Positions 1 to 12,556 of a stretch of DNA of 64,000 bases are shown here, piece by piece. The translations under genes and the position numbers were made by a program. The stretch spans positions 992,001 to 1,056,000 of the forward strand of contig CATOCA020000001.1 of NCBI GenBank assembly GCA_951406725.2, written 5' to 3'. Each line of letters begins with the position of its first letter. Positions within the stretch are counted from its first letter, which is position 1. A model generated the notes under the pieces. It had not been told where the DNA came from. It ran no database searches and saw only the letters and a program-made list of their open reading frames with translations. Origin of the DNA: Octopus vulgaris. Its lineage: Eukaryota.

Positions 1-1420
1 TCTTAAAAAAGTCAGCTCATACTCGGATTTTATTATTTTTTCTTGACATAAACTGTTGCGGACGCCCATTTTGTGTGATCAATTTTTCAATAATGTCAAG
101 CTTTTCACGTCTATCCAATTCGCCGTTGACTTGTTTCAACGCGGCGAAAGTTACAGTTCGTTTTGGTTTAAATACCACTATAGCGTTTTCTTTCACTTGA
201 AAATTCGCATTTTTGATTCAAAGACCTAATTCATCAGAAAAACAAACTCAAGGAAATATAAAAATTTTTTTTTTTAATCCTCTGACGCCTTATTTGTACA
301 GGCGGAAGAACCATTCACATCTTTACGAAAGATATTTACGGGGAGGTCTCGTAAGTTGAATAATTCCATCCAGTCTGTTCCAAATAAATTTGTCTTATTA
401 TTCAACATAAAAACTTTGGCTCTCAAAATTTTTCAACGAATTGTAACATCACTTAACATTTCGCCCATAAAATGTAATTTCTTTCCTGAAACCCCTCGCG
501 CAATTTTCGAAGTTTCCTTTAATCTAGGTTTCCCTTTATTTCTCCATGCATCTGTGTTAAATATCGCGATATCACTGCACGTATCCAGCTGTAACTTCAC
601 ATTCCCCTTATTCAGTTTTATAGACACAAATTTTCTTTTTTGAGCCTCAGAATTTTTGTTGACATTCTTTCCAGAATATTTTCGTTCGACCTTTTTTATT
701 CGTTTCACTCTACAATGTGAGTTTTTACGTCCGATTTTTCCACACTTAAAACATTTTAGACCTTTAAAAGGACAGTTACCTTTAAAATGTAAACCTCCGT
801 ACTCAGAGTATGGACTGGGTTTTGACACTCGTTGTTTTTTTTTTTTAGCCGTTTCAGGTCGACACGCATAAATCTGTGAACAATCTTTTTCTTCAGTTTT
901 ATCCGCATCATGTCTTAAATTAATAATACTCTTGAATTCTTTAGCCGCTGCTTGTAGAGTTAAGTTTGGGTCTTGTTCAAATTTCGTTAATCTGCATCTT
1001 TGCTTGCAGTTAGCCCTCGAATAAAAATTAGACATTTGAATATGTTCGGAGTAAATTCATTTAATTTGAATTTTTCATACTCTCTGTTCACAACTCAAGC
1101 ATGGGTAACGAAATATTCCTCATGTTTTTGACTAAAGTTAAGCACTGCCAGTGAGAATTAAACGGGGAATTTGTTTCACTGGAAATTTTCGATAAAAAAG
1201 TTTCTTCAAATTAATTTCACATGACGTAGATTGCGATTATACTGAAATTTGTTTTTCATTATAACCATACGTTTTGATGATGTAGAATACAATTATGTTA
1301 GGAAAATACTTCTGAAGCATATTCCATCTTTTCCTATCTAGAATTTATTAAATGCGTATGTTTTCCATAAAAGGAAATTTTTCATAGATACTGTCTTAAT
1401 TCAAAATGTGAATTTGTTGA
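1..1420 (-). mobile_element. Degenerate Gypsy/Ty3 LTR retrotransposon fragment (gag zinc knuckle + aspartic protease), runs off the window edge
   Basis: ORF 433..1035 has a CCHC-like knuckle (CFKCGKIGRKNSHC) and a retropepsin-like motif (LQLDTCSDIAI); similar to the plus-strand element at 47135-51365; upper boundary approximate. Confidence 0.8.
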
Positions 1421-1703
1421 AACAGTTATTTGTTATGTTACAGGCTTTAGAACATCCCCACGTGATCACTGGATTCATGCTATTTCTAGCATACTAAATG
1501 ACCACATAAAGGATGGGCTACTCTTGTGTTTGTTTAAAAGAGAGAGATTAATGTTGCGAAGTTTAGTCAAAGTAATACCCAGTTTCTTCATGAAATCCAA
1601 TACTGTCTTGGTGAGTGGTATTATTCTGAATTTGTTTTCTGGGTGAGCAAATACGATTACACAAATAAAAGATACAAAGGAAAATTAGTTGTAATATACC
1701 AGA

Positions 1704-1736
<33 letters not shown>

Positions 1737-1960
1737 AGGCGAAGTCACTACTGTCGCTACTCTATTGTTCTATATTTTTTGTGAATTATAAAGCTATTCA
1801 TCAAAGTGATAATATTCTGGAATTCTTTCCTCACCCATATTTTCCCTATAGACATCAAACACACCGATGTGACCAGCCTGTGAGTACCCCACAAACTGAG
1901 GTATACTGTATCTCTGCATTTGAATAGTTTATAAAAGGAAGTAGAAACTGAAATGCTTAC

Positions 1961-2076
1961 CTGAAACAAACATGAATTATTATTGTAAGAACAAGACAGA
2001 CGAATGAAATTCCACAGCCTGTTTTGGATATAATAGATAAGGCATTGTCTGTCTCTTTTTCAGCCTGGTAGACATT
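1961..2076 (-). CDS. Adhesion GPCR exon: linker + TM1 (NVYQAEKETDNALSIISKTGCGISFVCLVLTIIIHVCFR)
   Basis: ttttgtag acceptor and gtaagc donor; phase 0-2; typical aGPCR TM1 motif 'LSII..GCGIS..CL.LTI'. Confidence 0.93.
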
Positions 2077-2626
2077 CTACAAAAGAAACAAACAAAAACA
2101 GATTAGCTCCTCCTACTACTCCTTTCTTATATGTCAGTTAGTACTTATGAAACGAGAGTGTATAATGCTGATGTAGAATGTGAGGACTCTGCTGCATTAA
2201 TAATGTTCCAGGTAAGGTTGACACTAATAGAAACAATATCAAGGATCTGGCTATTTATTCTCAGTCTTCGTGATGTTAGGTAATGGCAGAACTGGAATGG
2301 GGTGAACAAACATGTGCCTTTAGCTCCGCTTTCCTTCAGGCTGAAATAGTTACCGCAGACAGGGGGATGTTTTATTGTAGGTAGCAGAGGTATTGTTTGG
2401 AGCATGTATATTATTGAAATGAAAGTCTCAGGTGGAGAAATGACATGCACGAGAGGAGAGATCTTGTGACAGAATCATGAAGAGACCAAATATTAACGTC
2501 TCAATAGCAAGCATATCTCAACATAAATGAAGATTTTTAAATCAAGAGATGATTCCGACGATCTCTACCCACTTCACATCAATGCTGAAGGAATTACTAT
2601 GCATTACATTGGGAATAGTAGTATCG

Positions 2627-2843
2627 TACATTTAAAAGGAACCATCCGGTGTATAAACTATAAAGAGCAGCGATGACAACTAGAACAGCAGAGACTTTTT
2701 ACAATATATCAACCTTATGTATTTACCAAGATACTCTGCACCACAAAATGCAGTGGATATGTTATTACACAACTCTTTAAAATCAGTAATGCATAGACAT
2801 AACTGTCAAATTACGGGTAATTAACAACTTGTCAAATTATTAC
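2627..2843. repeat. 217-bp intronic segment, copy 1 of a local direct duplication
   Basis: Near-identical to 3732-3948. Confidence 0.9.
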
Positions 2844-2847
2844 CAAC

Positions 2848-2997
2848 CATTAGTACGGCAAAACTTGTAAGATGGTCACAGGAGCAAACTATTTCCTTTC
2901 CAGATACATGTTTGGATATTCGACAACCTCTTGATGACCACCCGGGAATCACTCCTGAGCTTTCATCCCAGTAAACACATTGTAGGTTGCTGGCATT
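2848..2997 (-). CDS. Adhesion GPCR exon: GPS motif with autoproteolysis site HL|T and Stachel TSFAVLM
   Basis: 150 bp, phase 0-0, NASNLQCVYWDES...WSSRGC...CSCDHLTSFAVLM; tttttcag acceptor, gttggt donor. Confidence 0.95.
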
Positions 2998-3395
2998 CTG
3001 AAAAAAATTAAACATTGATAATTTGATCTAATTACTTTGTAATTAGAATTTATGTAATTATAATGCGACTCATTTGACTTAGAAAATACCGAAAAAACCA
3101 TGATCGTCGATGTTTGGTTGGTATTGACATTGTGAACTCCATAATACATGCTGTGACATAGTTCAACTGATCATTTCATCTTGTTTATAAATCTATGTCT
3201 TTTCTAGTAATTTACACAGAATCGTTATTAGAATGGAAGAAAAGGACATTGGATAGAGTAGTTCTAGAAATACCTAATGAAATATAAAATGATATGGTGT
3301 ACACGGCTGGGATGTGTTTCATCATAGGTCTACTGGGTCAGGGATGGCATGAACCTTAATAGCAACAGCAGCAATAATAAATACATAGCTATTAC

Positions 3396-3524
3396 CTGAT
3401 CTAATATATTGAACGATATATTAACCGGTTCATCAAGGTCGCTTACTGAAAGGTTAGGAATGTTTGATGCAAGAACATGGCTGTTGATCCTAACATTTTG
3501 CTTGGTACCAGCGTTTTGTGTTAC
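3396..3524 (-). CDS. Adhesion GPCR exon: GAIN subdomain B (VTQNAGTKQNVRINSHVLASNIPNLSVSDLDEPVNISFNILDQ)
   Basis: 129 bp, phase 0-0, tttacag / gtaata; 'INS.V...L.EPV.I.F' GAIN pattern. Confidence 0.9.
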
Positions 3525-3731
3525 CTGTAAAGAAAATTCATTATGTAAATCAATTTATTCCATGGAATACATTGCTAAAGCGTGAAACGATCAAATGTTT
3601 TTGTTGTCCTTAGACATCGTTACTTTACTCAACAGCACAACTTAGTAAAATATATACTGGTTTCAAACTTTGGCACAAGGCCAGAGTTTTGGGGGTGGAG
3701 TAAGGCTATTACATCAAACCCAGTAGTTTGA

Positions 3732-3948
3732 TACATTTAAAAGGAACCATTCGGTGTATAAGCTATAAAGAGCAGCGATGACAACTAGAACAGCAGATAC
3801 TTTTTACAATATATCAACCTTATACATTGACCAAGATACTCTGCACCACAAAATATAGTGGATATGTTATTACACAACTCTTTAAAATCAGTAATGTATA
3901 GACATAACTTTCAAATTACGGGTAATTAACAACTTGCCAAATTATTAC
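3732..3948. repeat. 217-bp direct duplication, copy 2, interrupting a degenerate SINE (about 3655-4070)
   Basis: Near-identical to 2627-2843; the SINE sequence resumes at ctggtacttattt. Confidence 0.9.
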
Positions 3949-4350
3949 TGGTACTTATTTTATTGACTGTGAAAGAATGAAAAGCTGAGTCGACATCGGC
4001 GAAATTTGAACTCAAGATAGGTGAAATTGCTCTATGCATTTTACCCAGCATGCTAACTATTCTGCAAGTCGAAAGCCTGGCAATAATACAATATATATTA
4101 CAAAAAATATCCCATAGGGGTTCGCACGTGACAGTTGCACTTGTTCTGAGGGACGGATAATTTGTTTAATACAGAAAATTGTTTACATAATGGTGGCCGG
4201 TATTCGAGTAATTCTGTTGGTAATCAACGAATCCCACGTTCAATTTAGCTGCTTAACATCTTGAGTAAATGGATGTCTAACACAGACTCCGGTTGGTAAT
4301 TTGTTCTGTAATCCATTTGTGAGTATAAATGTGAGTGTATGTATGTATGA

Positions 4351-4386
<36 letters not shown>

Positions 4387-4409
4387 AAGTTTCTTTGTTT
4401 CTTGTATTA

Positions 4410-4643
4410 TATTTCTTTACTACCCAGAAGGGGCTAAACACAGAGGGGACAAACAAGGACAGACATAGGTATTAAGTCGATTACATCGACCCCAGTGCGT
4501 AACTGGTACTTAATTTATCGACCCCGAAAGGATGAAAGGCAAAGTCGACCTCGGCGGAATTCGAACTCAGAACGTAACGACAGACGAAATACCGCTAAGC
4601 ATTTCGCCCTGAGCGCTAACGTTTCTGCCAGCTCGCCGCCTTC
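4410..4643 (-). mobile_element. tRNA-derived SINE (ggcggcgagctggcagaa family) with 17-bp TSD
   Basis: A/B-box-like motifs; ctttgtttcttgtatta at 4393-4409 and 4644-4660; related copies near 11065-11355, 12133-12430, 20530-20665, 31145-31460, 58152-58387. Confidence 0.88.
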
Positions 4644-4951
4644 CTTTGTTTCTTGTATTAGGTAGGCAGTATTCAGAAATGCTCCGATAAAAGACACGAG
4701 ACGCAAAGATATAAAAAAGTATAAAAGTTAAGGAGAATTTCAGACAGGTTCAACAATTCAATCATGCCTGTCATGGATCAATGCATATCGGTCTTTAAAA
4801 TATACCAATGTATCAGTCGTTAAAATATTAAAATATTAAAAATTCATGAATATACAAATATATAAAAATCTAATATACATATATAAATAGATGAGTGAAA
4901 ATAGGTTAGGACGGCGTTGTAAAAATTATTAAGAATAAAAGTATGTATATA

Positions 4952-6138
4952 CAGGGGTTGGACAAAATAATGGAAACACCTAACATCATAGCATCATAAT
5001 TTTGAAATATCTATGAAACCGTCAAAAGCTTGTTTATTTTTGTTTTTTGATTTATTATTAGTGTCCCTAATGTTTTGCTAAAATTGCTGTTTCTTTTCAG
5101 ATATCATCAGAAAAATGTAATTAAAATTTATCAAAATGACAGATCTGTCAGACTTTCAAAGAGGTAAAATTGTTGGTAGGCGCTAGCATAACGAAAACAG
5201 CCGAAATGTTTGGTGTATTAAGAAGTACTGTCTCGAAAGTAATGAGAAAACCTCTTCGTCGAAACAAAACTCCGGAAGAAAACCAAAACTTTCAGATAGG
5301 GACGTGAATTGTTAGAAAAGATCACAAGAGTACAGCTCCCAAAATTACTGCAGAGCTTAATGACCACCTCGAGAACCCAGTTCCGACAGAAACTGTTCGC
5401 CGAGAGCTGCACAAAGCCGGATTACATGAGAGGGCTGCAATCAGAAAACCATTACTTTCAAAAACAAACGTTAGAGTGGAGTAAAAACCTACAGAATTGA
5501 TCCCTAGAGCAGTGGAAGAATTTTATTTTCTCGGTCGAGTCATCCTCTACCTTAGTTTCGACCATCGGCCGAGTATACGCGTAGAAACAGACAAAAGAAG
5601 TATTTGACCCCGCCTTCCTTCTTCCAACTGTTAAACATGGAGGAGGATCTGTGTTGATCTGAGTGGCTATATCTTGGAAATCCGCCGGCTCAATTATCTC
5701 CCTTCATGGCAGTATTAATAGTCAAGACTATTTAAGCATTTTATTTGATCAGCTTCATCCTATGACTGCGGAACTGCTTCCAGGGGGAAACGCAATCATT
5801 CAGGATGATAATGCACCAATTCACACAGCTAAAGTTGTTACTGAATGGCATGAAGAACATTCTAGTGCAGTCGAACATCTTATCTGGCCACCACTGTCCC
5901 CAAATCTCAATATTATTGAACATTTATGGTTCATTTTAGAAAAACAAGTAAGGTGTTGATATCCTTCACCATCATCACTACAAGAACTGGAGACTGTTTT
6001 AGCTGAAGAATGGAGAAAAATTCCTTTGGAAACAATTCAAACTTTGTACGAGTCCATACCTCGCAGAATTCAAGCCAAAGACGATCCTACCTCATATTAA
6101 AATACATTTGTTTGAGATTTTAAGGTGTCCAACCTCTG
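4952..6138 (+). mobile_element. Tc1-like DNA transposon, degenerate DD34E transposase
   Basis: TA-flanked cagggg/ctctg ends with partly deleted right TIR; IIQDDNAPIH and WPPLSPNLNIIEHLW motifs; frameshifts. Confidence 0.9.
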
Positions 6139-6761
6139 TATGTACGCATAAAATACATATGTCTATACATATGTGTATGATAGTGTATATATGTAAGAGT
6201 ATTATAATCTTCATCATGACCATTATTTAGCATGTTTTCCATGCTGGCATGAATTTGATGCTTGGAAAGGATCCCACGAACCCCAGGATTATATCAATCT
6301 ATAATGTTGACTTTGGCAACGGTTTCTACAGCTGAATGGCCTTCCTGATACCATCCTCTTTACAATGTGTTCTAAGTGATATTCCAGTGTTACCAGTAAA
6401 AGTAAGCCCACCAAAACAAAGAAAAGGGGAAAAAATCCCCCTCGGTAGTGAAGGAGAATATTTGAAAAAATAGGGGTGAGTGGTATTATGCCAATGCTGA
6501 AGGTTAGATTATGGTGGAAGGACAAACAGAGGAGATGCAGACTATCCCATTTTATGTGTGTGGGTGGCAGTAGGTAAAATCAAGATATAGACGGAGGTAA
6601 CGAGTTGCCTGGGTATATGTACGAGGTACAAGAAGGTAGGTACATGAGGGTATCCAGACAGTGGGGAACGTGGGTAAAGAGTGTGTAAAGAGATAGGGAC
6701 AAATGGTAAAGTTGGGGCCAAGAGGTCGATTGTGTAAGGGATGAGCAAAAGCTGTTAACGT

Positions 6762-7090
6762 CCCTTATGGTATTTGCAAAGGGAGGTCATCCTTTTCTCG
6801 TCAACCTAAGTGATACGCCCGGACTGCAGTTTCTAGGTATTTGCCTGTCTTCGGCGTACGGCAATCACTGGTTTTCGATGAAGGGAGTCCGTTTGCAAAT
6901 ACTTATTTTCGAAATCAGTGACGGAAGTTACTGGAAAAACAATAAATAAATATTTGCAAACGGTCTCCCTTCATCGAAAACCGGTGATTGCCGTACGCCG
7001 TAGACAGGCAAATACCTAGAAACTGCAGTCCGTGTATATCACTTAGGTTGACGAGAGAGGGGTTACCTCCCTTTGCAAATACCATACGGG
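6762..7090. mobile_element. Fold-back/MITE-like palindrome with arms of about 145 bp
   Basis: 6762-6907 is the reverse complement of about 6946-7090 with few mismatches. Confidence 0.85.
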
Positions 7091-7677
7091 CACAGAAAGT
7101 GTGCCTAAAGCCAGCTGGAGACGATGATCTCCTGGAGCTACAAGCTACAGTAACACCCACCCTTAGTGGTTAGCCATATAGAGATGGCTAGTATACTTTA
7201 TGCTTTATATTTGTATTTCAATTATAAATGCTCTTCACGTCGTTACTTTAATCTAATGTTATTTCAAGAGCAAACAGTGATTTCCTTTATATCTGATCAA
7301 CAGAAATCAACAAATGTTTAACATTTTGATTTTTATATTTGAACAAAGACTCTAAATTAACTCAGAATGTCCGGTGTATTGGTCATTCTGTAGCGCTTCA
7401 ATCAAGCTGAAACATCGGTTTCTGATGATTCGTGGATGTTATTTCTGTGTTTTTAATATACCAACTTCCTTAAGAGTAGTCTGTCCGAAATAAAACTCAA
7501 AACAAATACCCTCCTGAGTTTCTATATGCGTAATAAATTGTTCACATACTCTCATATATAGATGTGTACATACACGCAAACATTGGCAGTTGTATTGTAT
7601 TAGTATTGTTTCAAAATGTATCAATGAATTCAAACATTCTCTGGTCAACAAGAAATTTTTCCATTTTTGTTCCATAC

Positions 7678-7835
7678 CCTATATAGCTTATCGTCCCGCA
7701 TGGAGAAAAAGTTATCCGTTTCACGGATGACCTTTCTTCGTCTTTCAGATGTTTTAATAAACTCCTTGGTAATGAAATAGATGCCATGATCTTCGCATCT
7801 GCTTCTTGTTGGTCGGGATTTGGTGAGTCGTATAT
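7678..7835 (-). CDS. Adhesion GPCR exon: GAIN (IYDSP...ASISLPRSLL...KRITF/FSMRDDKLYR) with an apparent 1-nt frameshift
   Basis: ccaccag / gtatgg; 158 bp between two phase-0 junctions; 'SISLP' and 'F..RDDKLY' motifs lie in different frames that switch at A5 7706-7710. Confidence 0.85.
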
Positions 7836-8414
7836 CTGGTGGAGAAAAAGAAAGATAAATTGAAATCAATAAAGAATAAATAACACTACTACAGTTGCTA
7901 CTGCTACTATTATTGTAACCTCTTCTTCCACAACCACTACACGACTACAACATTGCAAGTAACATAATATCTCAAACTACCAGTACCATACACTGCCATT
8001 ATCTCATACACAAGCAACCATTGGGGTTTCTAAGTCGGTCAACTAATTATTGGTCTATTCAATAATTTTCTACATTCTGCCTCGATCGCTTTCTTGTCTT
8101 GGGATCGCAGTGACATGAAAACAGAAGCATATTGTACAAAACTCTCATTATCTCATTGTTTTCAACTAATGACATAATTTTCCACTAATTATTCCTGAAA
8201 CGTTTTGTAACAAGCACACATAGATACAACCAAATACACACATATACTCCCTTAGCTACACAATTACACATGATGATGTATACAGCGGAAACATGCACAA
8301 ACTTGTTATATTTTTCTGTTGAAGCAAATGATCAGAAAAATAATGCGGCCACTTGCACGAATGTAAGTTCTAATTATTATGCTAGGGTTATTGATGATCT
8401 ATTTAATCTGATTG

Positions 8415-8701
8415 ATACATACATACATACATACATACATACATACATACATACATACATACATACATACGTACATACGTACATACATACATACGTACAT
8501 ACGTACATACATACATACATACATACATACAAACATACATACATACATACATACATACATACATACAAACATACATACATACATACATACATACATACAT
8601 ACATACATACATACATACATACATACGTACATACGTGCGTACATACATACATACATACATACATACATACATACATACATACATACATACATACATACAT
8701 A
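8415..8701. repeat. (TACA)n microsatellite
   Basis: Direct inspection. Confidence 0.97.
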
Positions 8702-8919
8702 CCGAGGGCGGGGGCTGAAAAGTTGACAAATTTCTTGCCTTGGGCAAACGAAAATATAGAAGGATCAGTTAATTATGATTTTAATCAACATATTTCCCTC
8801 TCAGACTCATTGCAGAGGTTCTAGTTGTTTTAAGTCTTGTAAAAGAACGCGGAAGGTTGGCCTTCCAACCAGTCCTTTCACGATTCCCTTAAAGCCATGA
8901 CTTTCAGCATCTCTTCGTA
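8701..8919. mobile_element. Mariner-derived MITE
   Basis: Imperfect TIRs cgagggcggggctgaaaagtt / actttcagcatctcttcg, TA-flanked. Confidence 0.6.
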
Positions 8920-9104
8920 TACAAAGATAGGTATATAGATAGATATATAGTTAGATAGAATTGTAAGCCGCATCAAATGAAATAAGTACAAAATCTACTT
9001 TATATGACAATAAAGTTAATTATGTTCCATTCTAATGTATGTTATCAACTTGGGTGTTTAGAACAAACGGTTAACAAGAGAGTAATCATGAGAACTTTTG
9101 GTAC

Positions 9105-9276
9105 CCATGTTTTTGGTTCTGTTTCATTGGTTCCATAGGAAACGCCATAGAAAAGACCATCGAATGTATCATTTTTCACTTTGGCAACACCAATACCAAG
9201 ATTAGAATAGATAGCTGTGACTTGCTGCTCCTCCAGTGGAATCTTTTCTGGGATTTCTTGTATAAGATGCAGCAAT
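9105..9276 (-). CDS. Adhesion GPCR exon: GAIN A/B junction (LLHLIQEIPEKIPLEEQQVTAIYSNLGIGVAKV...EPKTW)
   Basis: 172 bp, phase 2-0, ctcacag / gtacca; continues the open frame from the upstream exon. Confidence 0.88.
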
Positions 9277-9482
9277 CTGTGAGGAAATCAAGAAAACGAC
9301 TTTCAATTAACAATGTGTTTCGAATACGTAATTAGCTTTAGGTGTAATTACACTAATTATTTCGCTTAACAAATTTTTGCATGCTACTCTTGCTTCTAAT
9401 ACTTCTGTTGTTGTTGTTAGCGTTGATGCAACAACTTTTATTATTTATGCCGCTCCAAATATGACCGCTGCAGCTATTGCTA

Positions 9483-9622
9483 TCTTCTTCTTCTTCTTCT
9501 TCTTCTTCTTCTTCTTCTTCTTCTTCTTCTTCTTCTTCTTCTTCTTCTTCTTCTTCTTCTTCTTCTTCTTTTTCATCTTCTTCTTATTCTGCTGCTGCTG
9601 CTGCTACTACTACTACTACTAT

Positions 9623-9687
<65 letters not shown>

Positions 9688-9690
9688 TCA
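9483..9690. repeat. Compound (TTC)n(CTG)n(CTA)n microsatellite
   Basis: Direct inspection. Confidence 0.95.
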
Positions 9691-9712
9691 TCAAAAGTGA
9701 TTTGAATATTAC

Positions 9713-9932
9713 CTGTTGTCACTTCTATTCTCTTGTTCAGCTCCAGCCAAAACCTCCTCTGGTATGTTAATCAAATTGTTTATGGACCGAAGTGTATTAT
9801 TCGCAGACACTTTCGGTATCAATGACACCATTTTCTCATGAATGCCTACAGCCAAGTCAACATCAACTTCTTTGAAATATATTGATTTCTTTGATATATT
9901 TAACATCTCTTCCGAAATATTGTCGAAGTTTG
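9713..9932 (-). CDS. Adhesion GPCR exon: GAIN subdomain A helices (NFDNISEEMLNISKKSIYFKEVDVDLAV...EQENRSDNR)
   Basis: 220 bp, phase 1-2, ttttccag / gtaata; resembles ADGRG-type 'DVD...I.NL...L..A.....NR' helices. Confidence 0.9.
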
Positions 9933-10227
9933 CTGGAAAATTTAACATGAAATTTAAATAAATTACAGTCGCCTTGAGTTGAAGTATTTGAAGAAAATTA
10001 AGTATTACTTAACAATTAATGAATCACCAGAATTTAACTAACAACTCCGACTCTAAATAGCACAAAGATTGCTGAATGCGTTCAGTTTATCAGTTGTATA
10101 CTCAATGTTATACATCGTTAGTGTCTCCTTCTTTGTAACATTAACTGGAATAGTGGGGGAGTTATGGAACCTTTAATTGTTGAGTAACACAGATACTTGA
10201 TGGTGGTGGTAGTGAGGGCTGTACGTA

Positions 10228-11059
10228 CATTAGGGTGAAGCGAATAATGCAACTTTCGAAATTGGTAACCAAGAACCGATATTTCGTTGCGGATTAGGGT
10301 TAACAAAAGGCGTATCACGATCTGTGCGGTTTAAATATGTTTTTCAGGCTGCGCAACGTCATTGAAAGTTTTGAAAATTGCTATTTTTGGTCGAATTTTT
10401 GATTTCATGGATTATAAGTTGTAACGAACACATACTTCTACATGGCGCAATGCAAAACAGTAAATATAGTATCCTTAACAATTTGCATACCAAGTTTCAA
10501 TAAAATTGACTGATATCTTGAGGTTCCGAATTGAATATAAAGAGAACGGGTGTGTGAACTTCACTCCAGTACCACTGCAAAGGTCGTTGCGTGTGGTCGT
10601 ACGTCGTACGTGTGTGAATTTGTCTGCTTTGTGCCTTGACTTTAGGCCATTGCATCAAAATCAATAATCGTATTAAATTTAGTGTTGTTTATATTTAGTG
10701 ATGCCTCATAAATCAATAACGCATCATGATGTTGAAATTTTAAGCGTGTTGCGGAGCCAAAAGATATAACAGACAGAGCTTGAGATTTTAACAAACTTGT
10801 TTTTCAAACAATTTTGCAAAAGAAAATTAATTCGTAACATCGAAGGTGAAAAATAAAATGAAGAATGGCAAATGTGTTATAAACTGATTTTTTGCTCATT
10901 ATTAAACATTTCAAGTGAGCGGCGGAGCTTGAAGATGTAAATTTTAGAACTTTAGAATTTAACAGAATGGTTTTTAAAGGATTTCGCAATAAAAAAATAT
11001 ATTCTTAAAAACATATTCCGAAAATCTGTGTAAAAAGTTTTTTTTGCTCCACCCTAATG
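10228..11059. mobile_element. Non-autonomous DNA transposon with short TIRs
   Basis: cattagggtgaagc at 10228 matches the reverse complement of gctccaccctaatg ending at 11059. Confidence 0.65.
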
Positions 11060-11064
11060 GCAAC

Positions 11065-11355
11065 CAATGAAATTCGACTTCAGCGGAATTTGAACTCAGA
11101 GCGTAAAGACGGCTGAAATACCTATTTCCTTACTACCCACAAGGGGCTAAACACAGAGAGGACAAACAAGGACAGACAAACGGACTAAGGCGATTATATC
11201 GAACCCAGTGCGTAAATGGTTCTTATTTAATCGACCCCGAAAGGATGGAAGGCAAAGTCGACCTCGGCGGAATTTGAACTCAGAACGTAGCGGCGGACGA
11301 AATACCACAAATCATTTCGCCCGGCGTGCTAACGTTTCTGCCAGCTCGCCGCCTT
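11065..11355 (-). mobile_element. tRNA-derived SINE, same family as 4410-4643
   Basis: High similarity to 4410-4643 plus part of a second internal monomer. Confidence 0.85.
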
Positions 11356-11927
11356 ACTTAAAAATTGATAAATTTTCAGGAAGGTCTAATGAGAAATTGA
11401 AATCATCCCATCACTAAATGCATATGAAAATCTATTCAATTTGACAGTGCCATATTGACATTTGAGAGAAGTAAATTGCTTATATTCTATGACAAATAGG
11501 CATGTAGGGTGCGTCATTGAAGATTTAAATGTTTTATAACGTAATGCATTCGAAGGGGTATGTACCAGTAATATCCCTGTTGTTTTCCTGCTTCTCTATC
11601 TACTCAGCCTCTCTCAAGAAGGTTAACGAAAAAGTAGTTTTAATGATATAATAATAAACCCAACCCGCCTAAGTAATAAATTATTTCATAACATTTCCGT
11701 AATGGTTTGCCGTTGGACGAGATGAATACATTGCTGGAGAAGTCGAAAGGGAGAATACGGCGCATTACATTTTGGTAGATAATTTTAATTACGAATGAAC
11801 ACTCACACACACACACACACACACACATGGTGATCGTAATGGAACAGATATACAAAGGCATACACACAGATACCTCTTCTACTACTTCTGCTATTGTAAA
11901 TGTCCTTCGAAATTATTGCTCACTCAC

Positions 11928-12085
11928 CTGTATCGATACTTATTACGATGTCCTTCAGTCGTTGAGTGATCCAATCTGTATTGTTACATTGTGACATGTC
12001 TGGTTCTTTCCAGATACCAGTAAACGGTGAACACTTTGCTGCCGTCATATATTGACTTGATGCCATTTCTGAGTCTCTGGGAGAA
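11928..12085 (-). CDS. Adhesion GPCR exon: HormR C-terminal half (SPRDSEM...CSPFTGIWKEPDMSQCNNTDWITQRLKDI...)
   Basis: 158 bp, phase 2-1, tttttcag / gtgagt; HormR 'W..PD.S.C' motif. Confidence 0.9.
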
Positions 12086-12556
12086 CTGAAAAAATAAATG
12101 TGAAATTTTGTCAGAAGAATTTCAGTTTCTTCTTATTTTATCGATCCCAAAAGAATGAAAGGCAAAATCGACTCCGGTAGCATTTGAACTAAGAACGTAA
12201 AGTCGGAAGAAATGTCGCTAATCATTTTGTCCGGCGCGTTAACGATTCTGCCAGCTCGCCACCATAAAGCTTTATCTAATATTGGCTTCAAATTTTGGCA
12301 CAAGGCCAGCAAATTCAGGGGAAGAGATAAGTCGTTTATACGAAACCCAGTGCTCAATTGGTATTTATTTCATCGACCCGAAAAAATTAAAGGCAAAGTC
12401 GACCTTGGTCGAATTTGAACTCAAAACATAAAAAACGTTTAATCTATCGTGTTAATCTATAAAGCTGTTATTTGCTCTACCAAGTAACATTCTCTAACAA
12501 TAGGATGGCGCTGAAAACTTCAAAATTTGAGTTGAAATAAATGAAAAGAAACGAAC

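Noticed and set aside
356-871. Plus-strand ORFs of 95 and 71 aa
   Set aside because: Antisense shadows of the Gypsy gag-protease ORF
1420-1960. Hydrophobic ORF 1563..1748 as a possible TM2 exon or signal peptide
   Set aside because: The Leu run comes from a (TAG)n repeat; no aGPCR TM2 motif or suitable splice sites
6767-7173. Near-identical peptides on opposite strands (MVFAKGG...)
   Set aside because: By-product of the palindrome
8270-8824. Long ORFs rich in IHTY/MYVC, YI, poly-L/I/S/H here and at 9.4, 13.3, 26.5, 29.3-30.1, 37.1, 43.7, 53.2 and 61.3 kb
   Set aside because: Translations of microsatellites; no splice or domain support
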